DNA of 64,000 nt from Candidatus Latescibacterota bacterium (GCA_965222075.1 OZ244937.1:4224001-4288000); one strand, 5' to 3'. Shown: positions 49,736 through 58,645, counted from the first letter of the stretch. Notes: generated from the letters alone by a model not told the origin. Made by a program: numbers and translations.

Positions 49736-51076
49736 GTGAGCAGAATCGACTGGAATGCGGTAAAAGAAGAGGTGGCCGGGTACCTTCAGGACCTGATCCG
49801 GCTGGATACGACGAATCCGCCGGGGAATGAGATTCTGGCGGCGGATTATCTGGCAGGTGTGCTGCGCCGGGAGGGGATCAAGCCGCAGGTGACGGAGTCG
49901 GTGCCGGGGCGGGGGAATGTGACGGCGCGGCTGGCGGGAGGGCCCAGGCCGCTGCTGCTGCTGGGGCATACGGATGTGGTGGCGGCAGAGCCGAAGAAGT
50001 GGACCCGTCCTCCATTTGGCGGGGAGCTGCACGATGGGGTTGTGTGGGGGCGGGGGGCACTGGATATGAAGAATATGGTGGCCGTGGAGCTGATGGTGTT
50101 TCTGATGATGGCGCGGCAAGGGGTTCCCCTGAGGCGGGATCTGATTTTTGCAGCGACAGCGGACGAGGAGGCGGGGAAGGGCGACCACGGGGTGGGCTGG
50201 CTGCTGGACCGGTTTCCCGAGCAGGTGGAGGCACCCTTTGTGCTTACGGAGGGGGGCGGGGGGGATTTCCGCATCGGCGGGCGGCGGTTTTATGCCTGCC
50301 AGACAGGGCAGAAGGGGATCTGCCGATTTCGGATGGTTGCAAAGGGGCTGCCGGGGCATGGGTCCAGGCCCCATGGGGAGAATGCTGTGGTGCGGCTGTC
50401 CGGGGCGGTGGCGGGTTTGGGAGAGGCCGAATTGCCGATGCATCCTTCCAAGACGCTCCGGGCGTTCTTAGCGGGGATCGCTGAGACCCAGGATGCGCAG
50501 ACGGCGGCGCTGCTGCGGGATGTGCTCCATCCGGAGCGGAGCGAGGCGGCCCTGGACGTCCTGCCGCTGGACGGCGAGATGACCTCCGGGCTTCGGGCGC
50601 TGCTGCGGAATACGGCTTCGGTTACGATGCTCCAGGCGGGGCAGAAGATCAATGTGATTCCCACGGAGGCCACGGCGTGGGTGGACGGGCGGCTGGCGCC
50701 GGGACAGACGGGTGAGCGGTTTTTTGAAGAGATCCGACCCTTTACCGGGAAGGACGTGGTCTTTGAGATGGATCAGTACAGCCCGCCCTTAGAAGCGGAT
50801 GTCGACTCGCCGCTTTACCGGACGATCGTTGAGGTGATGGGGGAACACGATCCAGAGGCGGTCGTGGTGCCTTCGATTTCAACAGGTGGGACGGATGCGA
50901 AGCATATCTGCCCCCGGCGGCCGGGGACGCAGGTTTACGGGTTTATGCCCTACCAACAGGCGCCCGGGGAAGAGGAGATGAACCTGATTCACGGACACGA
51001 TGAGCGGACGTCGGTGGAGAACTTAGTGTTTGCAACACGGGTTCTTTACGATATCGTCCGCCGCTTTTGCAGTTAA
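49736..51076 (+). CDS. M20/M25/M40 metallopeptidase
   Basis: GHTDVV, GRGALDMK, DEE, GGTD, HGHDER. Confidence 0.9.
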   Translation: MSRIDWNAVKEEVAGYLQDLIRLDTTNPPGNEILAADYLAGVLRREGIKPQVTESVPGRGNVTARLAGGPRPLLLLGHTDVVAAEPKKWTRPPFGGELHDGVVWGRGALDMKNMVAVELMVFLMMARQGVPLRRDLIFAATADEEAGKGDHGVGWLLDRFPEQVEAPFVLTEGGGGDFRIGGRRFYACQTGQKGICRFRMVAKGLPGHGSRPHGENAVVRLSGAVAGLGEAELPMHPSKTLRAFLAGIAETQDAQTAALLRDVLHPERSEAALDVLPLDGEMTSGLRALLRNTASVTMLQAGQKINVIPTEATAWVDGRLAPGQTGERFFEEIRPFTGKDVVFEMDQYSPPLEADVDSPLYRTIVEVMGEHDPEAVVVPSISTGGTDAKHICPRRPGTQVYGFMPYQQAPGEEEMNLIHGHDERTSVENLVFATRVLYDIVRRFCS

Positions 51077-51086
51077 GGAGGTCGGT

Positions 51087-51653
51087 ATGTGCAAGCGGTT
51101 TGTTTTTGTCGCGGTGTCCAGTTTCTGTCTGGCAGGTCTGATCGGGTGTGGGGGAGAAAAAGAGGGGCAGGCCCAGGACCTGGGGGCGATTTCGATCCGG
51201 GTGCCCGAGGGGTGGACGATCGAGCCGCCGTCGTCCAGGATGCGGAAGGCGCAGTACGTCTTGCCCAGGCAGGGGCAAGACCCGGAGGACGCCTCGCTGG
51301 TGGTCTTCCATTTTGGGCCGGGCCGGGGAGGATCGGTGGAGGCGAATCTGAAGCGGTGGTACGGGCAGTTCAAACAGCCCGACGGGAGACCTTCCGGCGA
51401 GGTGGCCCGGGTGGCCAAGAAGACGGTTTCCGGAATGCGGGTAACGGCCGCCGATGTGAGCGGGACGTATGCGCCTGCGGCGATGGGCCCTATGATGCCC
51501 GCGGGAGAGCCGAAGCCGAACTTTCGGATGCTGGCGGCGATTGTGGAGTCCCCACAGGGACCGTACTTTTTCAAGCTGACGGGACCGGAAGGGACGGTGG
51601 GGCACTGGAAGGGGGCGTTCGATCAGTTTATCGAGAGCGTCCAGAAAAAATAA
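51087..51653 (+). CDS. Conserved lipoprotein
   Basis: Lipobox LIGC; GGSVEANLKRWYGQF, YFFKLTGP. Confidence 0.7.
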   Translation: MCKRFVFVAVSSFCLAGLIGCGGEKEGQAQDLGAISIRVPEGWTIEPPSSRMRKAQYVLPRQGQDPEDASLVVFHFGPGRGGSVEANLKRWYGQFKQPDGRPSGEVARVAKKTVSGMRVTAADVSGTYAPAAMGPMMPAGEPKPNFRMLAAIVESPQGPYFFKLTGPEGTVGHWKGAFDQFIESVQKK

Positions 51654-51658
51654 TCCGA

Positions 51659-51721
51659 ACCGCAGCGAGCGCAGAGGAATTCAATTGAAGATTTTCTCTG
51701 CGTCCTCTGCGTCTTTGCGGT
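51659..51721. repeat. 9-nt-period inverted array (GACGCAGAG type)
   Basis: ACCGCAGCGAGCGCAGAG ... CTCTGCGTC CTCTGCGTC TTTGCGGT. Confidence 0.65.
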
Positions 51722-51735
51722 GTCAGGAGATGGGA

Positions 51736-52716
51736 ATGTCACGAAAAGTACTGGTCACCGATTACGCCTGGGCAGACCTGGAGGTGGAGAAGGGTGTTCT
51801 GGACGAGATCGGGGTGGAGGTGGTCGATGCGCCGGATGGGGAGGAGGAGACGCTGGCCGGGCTGGCAGGACAGGGGGTGTGCGGGATTCTGACGTGCTGG
51901 GCGCAGACGACGCGGCAGGTGATCGAGGCGTCATCTAATCTAAAGGCGATCGTGCGCTACGGGGTGGGGCTGGACAATATTGACGTGGCGTTTGCGACCG
52001 GGCAGGGCATTCCGGTGGCGTACGTGCCGGATTACTGTCTGGTTGATGTGGCCGAGCATGCGATGGCGCTGCTGCTGGCGCTCTCCCGAAAGGTGGCGCG
52101 GTTCGATCGGCTGGTCCGGCAGGGGACGTGGGACATCCAGGCGGGGCTGCCGCTACGCCGGCTGACCGGGCAGACGCTGGGGCTGATCGGGTTGGGGCGA
52201 ATCGCCCGGGCGGTGGTGCCCCGGGCGGTGGTATTTGGGCTTAAGGTGGTGGCATTTTCCCCGTCGCTGACACCGGAGCAGGCCTCAGAGGCGGGGGCGG
52301 AAGCAGTGGGCCTGGACCGGCTGCTGGAGGCGTCCGACTATGTGTCGCTCCACTGTCCCTCCTCGGAGAAGACACGGGGGATGATTGATGCGGATGCCTT
52401 AGCGAAGATGAAGCCGACGGCATGTTTGATCAATACGTCCCGGGGAGACCTGGTGGACGAAGCGGCGCTGGCCGAGGCCTTAGAGGCGGGCGGGATTGCA
52501 GGGGCCGCGCTGGACGTGCGGCCCCTGGAGCCGCCGGGCGAGGGGGACCGGCTGATCGGGATGGAGCAGGTGATCCATACCCCGCATGCGGCGTTCTATT
52601 CAGCGGAGTCCCTGGTGGAACTGAGGGAGCGGGCCGCGTGGGAAATGCGCCGGCTGCTGACGGGCGAGGATGCCGAGAATCTGGTGAATCCGGAATACAA
52701 GAAACGTGAGACGTGA
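51736..52716 (+). CDS. D-isomer-specific 2-hydroxyacid dehydrogenase (CtBP-like)
   Basis: GVGLDNID, GLIGLGRI, INTSRG, TPHAAFYS. Confidence 0.9.
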   Translation: MSRKVLVTDYAWADLEVEKGVLDEIGVEVVDAPDGEEETLAGLAGQGVCGILTCWAQTTRQVIEASSNLKAIVRYGVGLDNIDVAFATGQGIPVAYVPDYCLVDVAEHAMALLLALSRKVARFDRLVRQGTWDIQAGLPLRRLTGQTLGLIGLGRIARAVVPRAVVFGLKVVAFSPSLTPEQASEAGAEAVGLDRLLEASDYVSLHCPSSEKTRGMIDADALAKMKPTACLINTSRGDLVDEAALAEALEAGGIAGAALDVRPLEPPGEGDRLIGMEQVIHTPHAAFYSAESLVELRERAAWEMRRLLTGEDAENLVNPEYKKRET

Positions 52717-52769
52717 ATATCGGGAGGGTTCGGAGTCCGCCTGCGGCGGACTCCGAAAAGGACTTTCGT

Positions 52770-53726
52770 ATGTTAGATTGGATTGTTGACGGCAAACAGG
52801 CGTGGCGAGAAGATACCATTGATGACATCCGTTCATGCACCGTCTCTTTGCCGGAGGACGGTCTTTCTGTCCTGGATAAGGCGGTTGAAGATCTGAAGGC
52901 CGGGTCGTGTCCGATAGAAGAGGCGCATGTGCGCGATTACGACTGTCCTGTTTTACGAGAGGCCGCCGGGACCGTGGCTGCTGCGCTTAAGACGGGCCGC
53001 GGATTTGCGATTGTGGATCGCGTGCCGATGGAGCGATACTCGCCCCGGGAAGCGAGGTTGATTTTCTGGCTTTTCGGCCAGCTCATTGGTTTTCCCCATA
53101 AGCAGAGCGCGAAAGGAGGGGTGCTGTTCGATGTGCGGGACGAGGGGCATGACATAACAAAAGGCTCTCGTTATGCGGTTACCAATGCCGAACTTACGTT
53201 TCATACGGACAATGCGCGAAGCGAGGCAGTCCCCGAATACGTGGGACTGCTCTGCGTGCATGCCGCTAAGACGGGAGGGGTCAGCCAGCTTGTCAGTGTT
53301 TACACGGTCCATAACGAGCTGCTGAAAAACCATGCCGATGTACTGGAGGTCCTGTACCAACCGTTCTACTTTGACCGCCGGGGGTTGAGCACAGAGGAGG
53401 AGTCTCCCGTTTCCCGTTTTCCGGTCTTTGAATGGGACGGCCGGGAGTTGCTCTGCCGTTTTATCCGTTATTATATCGAAGTCGGCCACGAGAAGGTGGG
53501 AGAGCCCCTGGCGCCCGATCAGGTCAGGGCCCTGGATGTTCTGCAAAGCCTGCTGCAGCGCCGGGATTTGCGGGTGGAGTTCACCATACAGCGCGGGCAG
53601 ATGCTGTTTTCCAACAATCACCGGGTGCTTCACAATCGCACCGCGTTTGAAGATTATCCGGAACCGGAGCGGCGGCGCCACTTCGTGCGGCTGTGGCTTT
53701 CGAGGCGTGGAAAAGCAGGGCATTGA
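52770..53726 (+). CDS. TauD/TfdA family Fe(II)/2-oxoglutarate dioxygenase
   Basis: FHTD (HxD), NNHRVLHNRTAF, RRHFVRLWL. Confidence 0.88.
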   Translation: MLDWIVDGKQAWREDTIDDIRSCTVSLPEDGLSVLDKAVEDLKAGSCPIEEAHVRDYDCPVLREAAGTVAAALKTGRGFAIVDRVPMERYSPREARLIFWLFGQLIGFPHKQSAKGGVLFDVRDEGHDITKGSRYAVTNAELTFHTDNARSEAVPEYVGLLCVHAAKTGGVSQLVSVYTVHNELLKNHADVLEVLYQPFYFDRRGLSTEEESPVSRFPVFEWDGRELLCRFIRYYIEVGHEKVGEPLAPDQVRALDVLQSLLQRRDLRVEFTIQRGQMLFSNNHRVLHNRTAFEDYPEPERRRHFVRLWLSRRGKAGH

Positions 53727-53728
53727 CG

Positions 53729-53755
53729 GCCCCTGAAGCGTCCGGGGCTTTTTTG
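53729..53755 (+). terminator. Intrinsic terminator
   Basis: GCCCC...GGGGC hairpin followed by T6 immediately after the stop. Confidence 0.65.
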
Positions 53756-53817
53756 TTGATATCCGGTGAGGAGAGAGGTGGAACTTGGAACCGGGGTTGC
53801 CCGATAAGGAGTGGGGA

Positions 53818-53941
53818 TAAAAAGGGCCATTACCAAAGGGACCCAAGGTAGATTGTTGAGCGGGCTGACGTTCGTTCAAGACGTTGTTCAGAGACCGCTG
53901 AAGGTTGGCTACCTGTGGTGCCTGAGCAATGGCCTTTGCGT
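53818..53941 (-). ncRNA. Candidate standalone ~124-nt rod-shaped small RNA (family unknown)
   Basis: TTGACA-N17-TATCTT promoter directly upstream; 5' and 3' ends pair (GGCCAUUGC/GUAAUGGCC); inner stems AGGUAG/CUACCU, AGCGG/CCGCU, CUGA/UCAG; ends in a U-run. Confidence 0.65.
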
Positions 53942-53947
53942 GTAGAA

Positions 53948-53976
53948 AAGATAGTGCAGGAACGGACGGGTGTCAA
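53948..53976 (-). promoter_or_regulatory. sigma70-type promoter driving the candidate sRNA
   Basis: -35 TTGACA (53971-53976), 17-nt spacer, -10 TATCTT (53948-53953). Confidence 0.7.
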
Positions 53977-54040
53977 CAAAAATAGACGGCGGAGACTCAT
54001 GTTCAAAGTTCACAGTGACTTATTTTCACGGACGCCGGGC

Positions 54041-54069
54041 TTGACACGGAGAGCATAAATTGGTAATTT
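54041..54069 (+). promoter_or_regulatory. sigma70-type promoter for the sigma factor gene
   Basis: TTGACA-N17-TAATTT with an extended -10 TG. Confidence 0.6.
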
Positions 54070-54214
54070 TTATAGTGTTGGGAGTATGAGAAATTCATCG
54101 GTTGGAAAATCGTCACATGGGCGGATCTCGTGCAAACAAACCGCACTGCTTTAGATGAGATGATGGTGGTGTGGTTTTTTTGTATGCACGGGATTATCAC
54201 TATAGTGAGGACCA

Positions 54215-55063
54215 ATGGCATCACTTGGCGATGAGAAGAACTCTCTCCAGCTTTACATGGAAGATGTGGCTACATCTCGCCCTCTTTCGGCCCAGGAGGA
54301 AGTTAATCTGGCGTCCCGAATCAAAAAGGGCGACATGGGGGCCCGTGCAAAACTGGTGGAGGCCAACCTGAGATTTGTAATTACTATTGCCCGGAAATAC
54401 CAGAACCAGGGGATGCCCTTAGAAGACCTGATCAGCGCCGGGAACCTTGGCCTGGTTACGGCTGCAGAGCGGTTCGACGAGACGCGAGGCTTCAAGTTCA
54501 TCTCTTATGCAGTCTGGTGGATCCGGCAGTCCATCCAGCACACCTTGGCAGAACACCCCCGCATGGTGCGCCTGCCGATAAACCGTGTGGATCTGCTGCG
54601 ACGGATCTTCAAATATATCAACAATCGAGATTGGGAGACCTCTCATCAGCCGGATGAAGAGGAGATTGCAAGAAAGCTGGGCGTATCTGTGGAAATGGTG
54701 AAGGATACACTGAGGCTGGCACGGAATGTCTGGTCTCTGGACGCCACATTTGGGGACGACAACGATAACAGTCTGATGAATCAGATGGTTGACGAGAACC
54801 AGGAGTCGCCCGATGCGCAGTCGATGCGCAACTCCCTTGTAAGGCAGATCGAAGTGGCTCTGGACACCCTCGACGAGCGTGAACGGGAGGTGATCAAGCT
54901 CTACTTCGGCTTAGATGGAACACACGGGATGACCCTGGAGGAGATCGGCTCCAAATTCGGGCTGACCCGCGAGCGCATACGACAGATTAAGGAAAAGGCA
55001 CTGCGCAGGCTTCGCAATCCCGCCCTGGCACGGCAACTCATGCCCTATGTAGAGGAAATTTGA
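54215..55063 (+). CDS. RNA polymerase sigma factor, RpoD/SigA family lacking region 1.1
   Basis: LVEANLRFV, RFDETRGFKFISYAVWWIRQ, TLEEIG...LTRERIRQIKEKAL. Confidence 0.93.
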   Translation: MASLGDEKNSLQLYMEDVATSRPLSAQEEVNLASRIKKGDMGARAKLVEANLRFVITIARKYQNQGMPLEDLISAGNLGLVTAAERFDETRGFKFISYAVWWIRQSIQHTLAEHPRMVRLPINRVDLLRRIFKYINNRDWETSHQPDEEEIARKLGVSVEMVKDTLRLARNVWSLDATFGDDNDNSLMNQMVDENQESPDAQSMRNSLVRQIEVALDTLDEREREVIKLYFGLDGTHGMTLEEIGSKFGLTRERIRQIKEKALRRLRNPALARQLMPYVEEI

Positions 55064-55241
55064 TTTTAGTCATCATCAAATTCTCAGGAGTAACTGACCC
55101 CGGCGCTTCGCTACGGGGTTATGGATGAAAGAAACTTGCTCCCAGTCGGTTTATGGGGCGCATTTGAGCACCGTCCATATTGTATCGAATTGAGTTAAAT
55201 ACCGCAAGATGTGCTAAGTTTCTCAGGAGAGCATTTTGAAT

Positions 55242-55415
55242 ATGCAAGTTCACGGGAATGATATCGATAGAGCGCTTAAGGCCTTCAAACGCAAACTCCA
55301 GAAGGAAGGTCTCTTCAAAGAGATCAAAAAGAGAAGGTTTTATGAAAAGCCCTCAAAAAAAAAGAAGCGGAAACAGAGAGAGGCGAAGCGGAAAAGCGTG
55401 AAGCGTGGCATGTGA
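55242..55415 (+). CDS. rpsU: 30S ribosomal protein bS21
   Basis: Manual translation MQVHGNDIDRALKAFKRKLQKEGLFKEIKKRRFYEKPSKKKKRKQREAKRK...; below the ORF-track size cutoff; alternative TTG start at 55236. Confidence 0.92.
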   Translation: MQVHGNDIDRALKAFKRKLQKEGLFKEIKKRRFYEKPSKKKKRKQREAKRKSVKRGM

Positions 55416-55497
55416 AATGGAGATCAGCGTTTATACATCACCTTGCCGTTCTTTTGACGTTTGACAGTTGTAGAGGTTTTGTGGCATAGTGGAACGG

Positions 55498-55521
55498 GGG
55501 CACGGCATGCCGTGCCCTTAC
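55498..55521. repeat. REP-like palindrome overlapping the thiE stop
   Basis: GGGCACGGCATGCCGTGCCC+TTAC. Confidence 0.8.
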
Positions 55522-56150
55522 GGGTGTACGGACCGGATGCGGTCCATCAGGGTGCGGGTGGCCGCTTCGGGGTCGCTTTGGCAGCAGACGGCGGAGATGA
55601 CGGCGATGCCGTGGGCGCCTGCGCAGATGACGTCTGCTGCTGCCGCCGCGTCGATGCCCCCGATGGCGATGACGGGGACGGACAGGTTGTGCACTATTTC
55701 GGAGAGTTTGCCCAGGCCCTGCGCCGCTCCAGCGTCCGGTTTGGAGCCGGTGGAATAGATGGGGCCGAAGCCGACGTAATCGGCCCCGTCGGCGATGCCC
55801 TGCTGCGCTTCTTCGAGATTGCCGCCCGAGACGCCGATGATCCGGTCGGGGCCCAGGAGGTCTCTGGCCAGGCGGACCGGGAAGTCGTCCTGCCCGAGGT
55901 GGACGCCGTGGGCGCCCGCGGCGATGGCCACGTCGACCCGGTCGTTGACGATGAAGGTGATACCGGCCTGCGTGCAGATTTCCTGCATGGCCTCTGCGGT
56001 CTCGATCATGTCGCGGGTGGCGCCGGTTTTCTGGCGGTACTGGACCGTGTCGGCGCCGCCGGCAGCGGCGAGGCGGGCCAGGTCGAGGTGCGAGTAGCGG
56101 TCCTGCAGGAGGGTGTCGGTGAGGACGTGGAGGACGCCGATTTTTTTCAT
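55518..56150 (-). CDS. thiE: Thiamine-phosphate synthase
   Basis: VQYRQK, IVNDRVD, GVHLGQDD, TGSKPD, AIGGI. Confidence 0.92.
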   Translation of the reverse strand: MKKIGVLHVLTDTLLQDRYSHLDLARLAAAGGADTVQYRQKTGATRDMIETAEAMQEICTQAGITFIVNDRVDVAIAAGAHGVHLGQDDFPVRLARDLLGPDRIIGVSGGNLEEAQQGIADGADYVGFGPIYSTGSKPDAGAAQGLGKLSEIVHNLSVPVIAIGGIDAAAAADVICAGAHGIAVISAVCCQSDPEAATRTLMDRIRSVHP

Positions 56151-56220
56151 AGAAAATCTCCGATACAACTGGGCGCTGGCGACCCGTACCCAGGTATACC
56201 GTGAGCGCCAGGAAAGGAAG

Positions 56221-57018
56221 TCAATGGCCTTTTGAGAGGAAGTAGAAGTGGTTGGTGGGGCCGTGGCCGTGACCGATGGAGAGGCTGTAGCGGATCGCTT
56301 CGGTGACGTAGATTTTTGCGCTGCCCACGGCCTCTTTCAGCAATTTTCCGTTCGCCAGGCCGGCGGCGATGGCGGCGGAATAAGTACACCCGGTTCCGTG
56401 CGTGTTTTGGGTATCAATCCGTTCGCCTGCAAAGAGGGTCTCCTCACCTCCGTCGAAGAGGATGTCCAGGGCCTGGGGATGGTCTTCAAGGTGGCCGCCT
56501 TTGACCAGGACGGCCCGGGGGCCGTAGTCGAAGATTTTCCGGGCGGCCTCTTTGGCCTGGTCGACGGTTTCGATTTCCATGTCGGCCAGCAGCCGGGCTT
56601 CGTGAATGTTGGGGGTTACAAGCGTTGCGAGGGGGAGGAGGCGGTCTTTGACGCTTTCGAGGGCGTCCGGTTTGAGGAGCGCGAATCCGCTTTTGGAGAT
56701 CATCACCGGATCGACGACCAGGTTGGCGACCTGGCGTCTGGCGAGTTGTTCGGAGACGGCCTGGACTATGGCGCTGGAGGAGAGCATGCCGGTTTTGACG
56801 GCAGCGACCTCAAAGTCGTCGAAAATGGCGTTGATCTGGGCCACGATCAGGTCGGTCGGGAGGTCGAAGGCCTGCCGCACCTCCCGGCTGTTCTGGGCGG
56901 TGATGGAGGTGATGACCGACATGCCGAAGGCGCCGTTGGCGTGAAAGGCCTTGAGGTCGGCCTGAATGCCGGCGCCTCCTCCAGAGTCAGATCCGGCGAT
57001 GGTGAGGACTTGTTTCAT
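56221..57018 (-). CDS. thiD: Hydroxymethylpyrimidine/phosphomethylpyrimidine kinase
   Basis: TIAGSDSGGGAGIQADLK, VDPVM, TPN, KGGH, HGTGCT. Confidence 0.96.
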   Translation of the reverse strand: MKQVLTIAGSDSGGGAGIQADLKAFHANGAFGMSVITSITAQNSREVRQAFDLPTDLIVAQINAIFDDFEVAAVKTGMLSSSAIVQAVSEQLARRQVANLVVDPVMISKSGFALLKPDALESVKDRLLPLATLVTPNIHEARLLADMEIETVDQAKEAARKIFDYGPRAVLVKGGHLEDHPQALDILFDGGEETLFAGERIDTQNTHGTGCTYSAAIAAGLANGKLLKEAVGSAKIYVTEAIRYSLSIGHGHGPTNHFYFLSKGH

Positions 57019-57067
57019 AGGTTGGGGAATTGCAAAATGAAAATTGCAAATTTCAGATGGGTCGCCC

Positions 57068-57752
57068 CTACGACGTTTCCCAGGCACCGAGGTAGGCCCT
57101 GACTGCGGCTTCGATGTTTTCTGCGGCGAGAATGCCCGACATGACGGCGATGCCGGCAGCGCCTGCGGACCGGCAGAGGGGGACGCGCTCGGGCGTGATG
57201 CCGCCCAGGGCGAAGACCGGGAGACCTGCCTGCCTGCGTGCCTGCGTCCCTCGGACAGGCAGGCTGGGGAGTGCTCGGCAGGCAGGCGGTCTGAACTGCT
57301 GAGCGGAGACCGGAAAGACCGACCGCCGGACCGTAGCCGGGTTTGGAAGCCGGAGGATAGGTAGGGCTGTAGGTTACGAAGTCTGCGCCTCCCTCTGCTG
57401 CCCGTTCGAGTTCCTGCAGGGTGTGCGTTGAGCAGCCGATGAGGAGGTGGTTTCCGTATTTCTGCCGTACCGCTCCAGGCGCGGGCCCCAAGGCCGGTAG
57501 GTGGACGCCCCGGGCGCCAAGTTCGACAGCGACCTCGGCTCGGGTGTTGATGGTGAGATGGGCGCCGCAGGCATCGGTCAGGCTCAGGATGTTACCGGCC
57601 AGCCGCCGGAGGGCATCCGTGTCCAGGTCTTTCTCCCGGAGTTGGACGAATCGGACGCCGGCGTCGAGCGCCCGGGCCAGGACCTCTTCGAGGGGGCGAG
57701 GCGCGCATGTGGCGCGGTCGATGATGAGGTAGAGGGGCGGCAGGCTGTCCAT
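57068..57752 (-). pseudogene. TenI/ThiE-like protein frameshifted by a 58-bp insertion
   Basis: MDSLPPLYLI...QLREK...GVHLP...SPTYPPASKP up to about 57288; removing 57230-57287 restores AGLPVFALGGITPER...GIAVMSGIL...WETS*. Confidence 0.8.
57230..57287. mobile_element. MITE-like palindromic insertion CTGCCTG...CAGGCAG with apparent GC target duplication, possibly nested
   Basis: Clean reconstruction of the empty site GAGACCTGC|GGTCTGAAC; 58 bp, not a multiple of 3. Confidence 0.7.
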
Positions 57753-57761
57753 CCGTTCTGG

Positions 57762-57784
57762 GGGCACGGCATGCCGTACCCTTA
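57762..57784. repeat. REP-like palindrome overlapping the thiG stop
   Basis: GGGCACGGCATGCCGTACCC+TTA. Confidence 0.75.
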
Positions 57785-58564
57785 GGCCTCGGTCCGAACT
57801 GCGCCTTCTGGGGGCGTGGAGGCGGTGGCGTAGAGCTTTTTGGGGATGCGCCCGGCCTCGTAGGCGAGACGGCCGGCTTGGACGGCTTTGCGCATGGCCT
57901 CGGCCATTTTGACCGGGCGGCGGGCGCCCGCCACGGCGGTGTTGAGGAGGACGGCATCGCAGCCGAGTTCCATGGCCACGGCAGCGTCGGAAGCGGTGCC
58001 GACGCCTGCGTCGACGACGACGGGAACGACGACGGTGTCGAGGATGATCTGGATGTTGTAGGGGTTGCGGATGCCCATGCCCGATCCGATGGGCGCGCCC
58101 AAGGGCATGACGGCCGCGCACCCGATGTCTTCCAGTTTTTTGCAGGTGATGGGGTCATCGTTACAGTAGGGGAGTACCGTGAAGCCGTCTCGAACGAGGG
58201 TATCAGCGGCCTCTAAGAGGCCGCTGACGTCGGGAAAGAGGGTGCGCTCGTCGCCGATGACTTCGAGTTTAATGAGGTCGGTTTCGAGGGCCTCGCGTGC
58301 CAACTTGGCCGTGAGGACGGCATCGCGGGCGGTGAAGCAACCGGCGGTGTTGGGGAGCAGGGTGTAACGCGTCCGGTTGATCAGGCCGATCACGCTTTCG
58401 CCCGAAGGGTCGTTCAGGTTGAGCCGCCGGACGCCCACGGTGATGATCTCGGCGCCGCTGGCTTCGATGGCTTCAAGCATGATCTGCATGTTGGGGTAGC
58501 GGGCGGTGCCGATCAGCAGCCGCGATCGATAGGTTTTTCCCGCAAGCGTGAATTCTTCTGACAT
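57782..58564 (-). CDS. thiG: Thiazole synthase
   Basis: [34 protein letters not shown]. Confidence 0.97.
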   Translation of the reverse strand: MSEEFTLAGKTYRSRLLIGTARYPNMQIMLEAIEASGAEIITVGVRRLNLNDPSGESVIGLINRTRYTLLPNTAGCFTARDAVLTAKLAREALETDLIKLEVIGDERTLFPDVSGLLEAADTLVRDGFTVLPYCNDDPITCKKLEDIGCAAVMPLGAPIGSGMGIRNPYNIQIILDTVVVPVVVDAGVGTASDAAVAMELGCDAVLLNTAVAGARRPVKMAEAMRKAVQAGRLAYEAGRIPKKLYATASTPPEGAVRTEA

Positions 58565-58645
58565 GATGGCCTCTTATAATTGCGGATTGAAAAACGTTAA
58601 ATCCGAGTTCCGAAACCCACAATTGAAGGGAAGGGGGCCAGGGGG

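Noticed and set aside
53818-53941. SRP RNA, 5S rRNA or riboswitch identity for the rod RNA
   Set aside because: No SRP GGAA/GCAG domain IV motif, no 5S consensus, and no downstream gene to regulate
55121-55198. 25-codon ORF between the sigma gene and rpsU
   Set aside because: No convincing RBS or recognisable motif
57015-58121. 368-aa ORF as a single real protein
   Set aside because: Chimera of out-of-frame thiG sequence, the true tenI-like N-terminus and a post-insertion frameshifted tail
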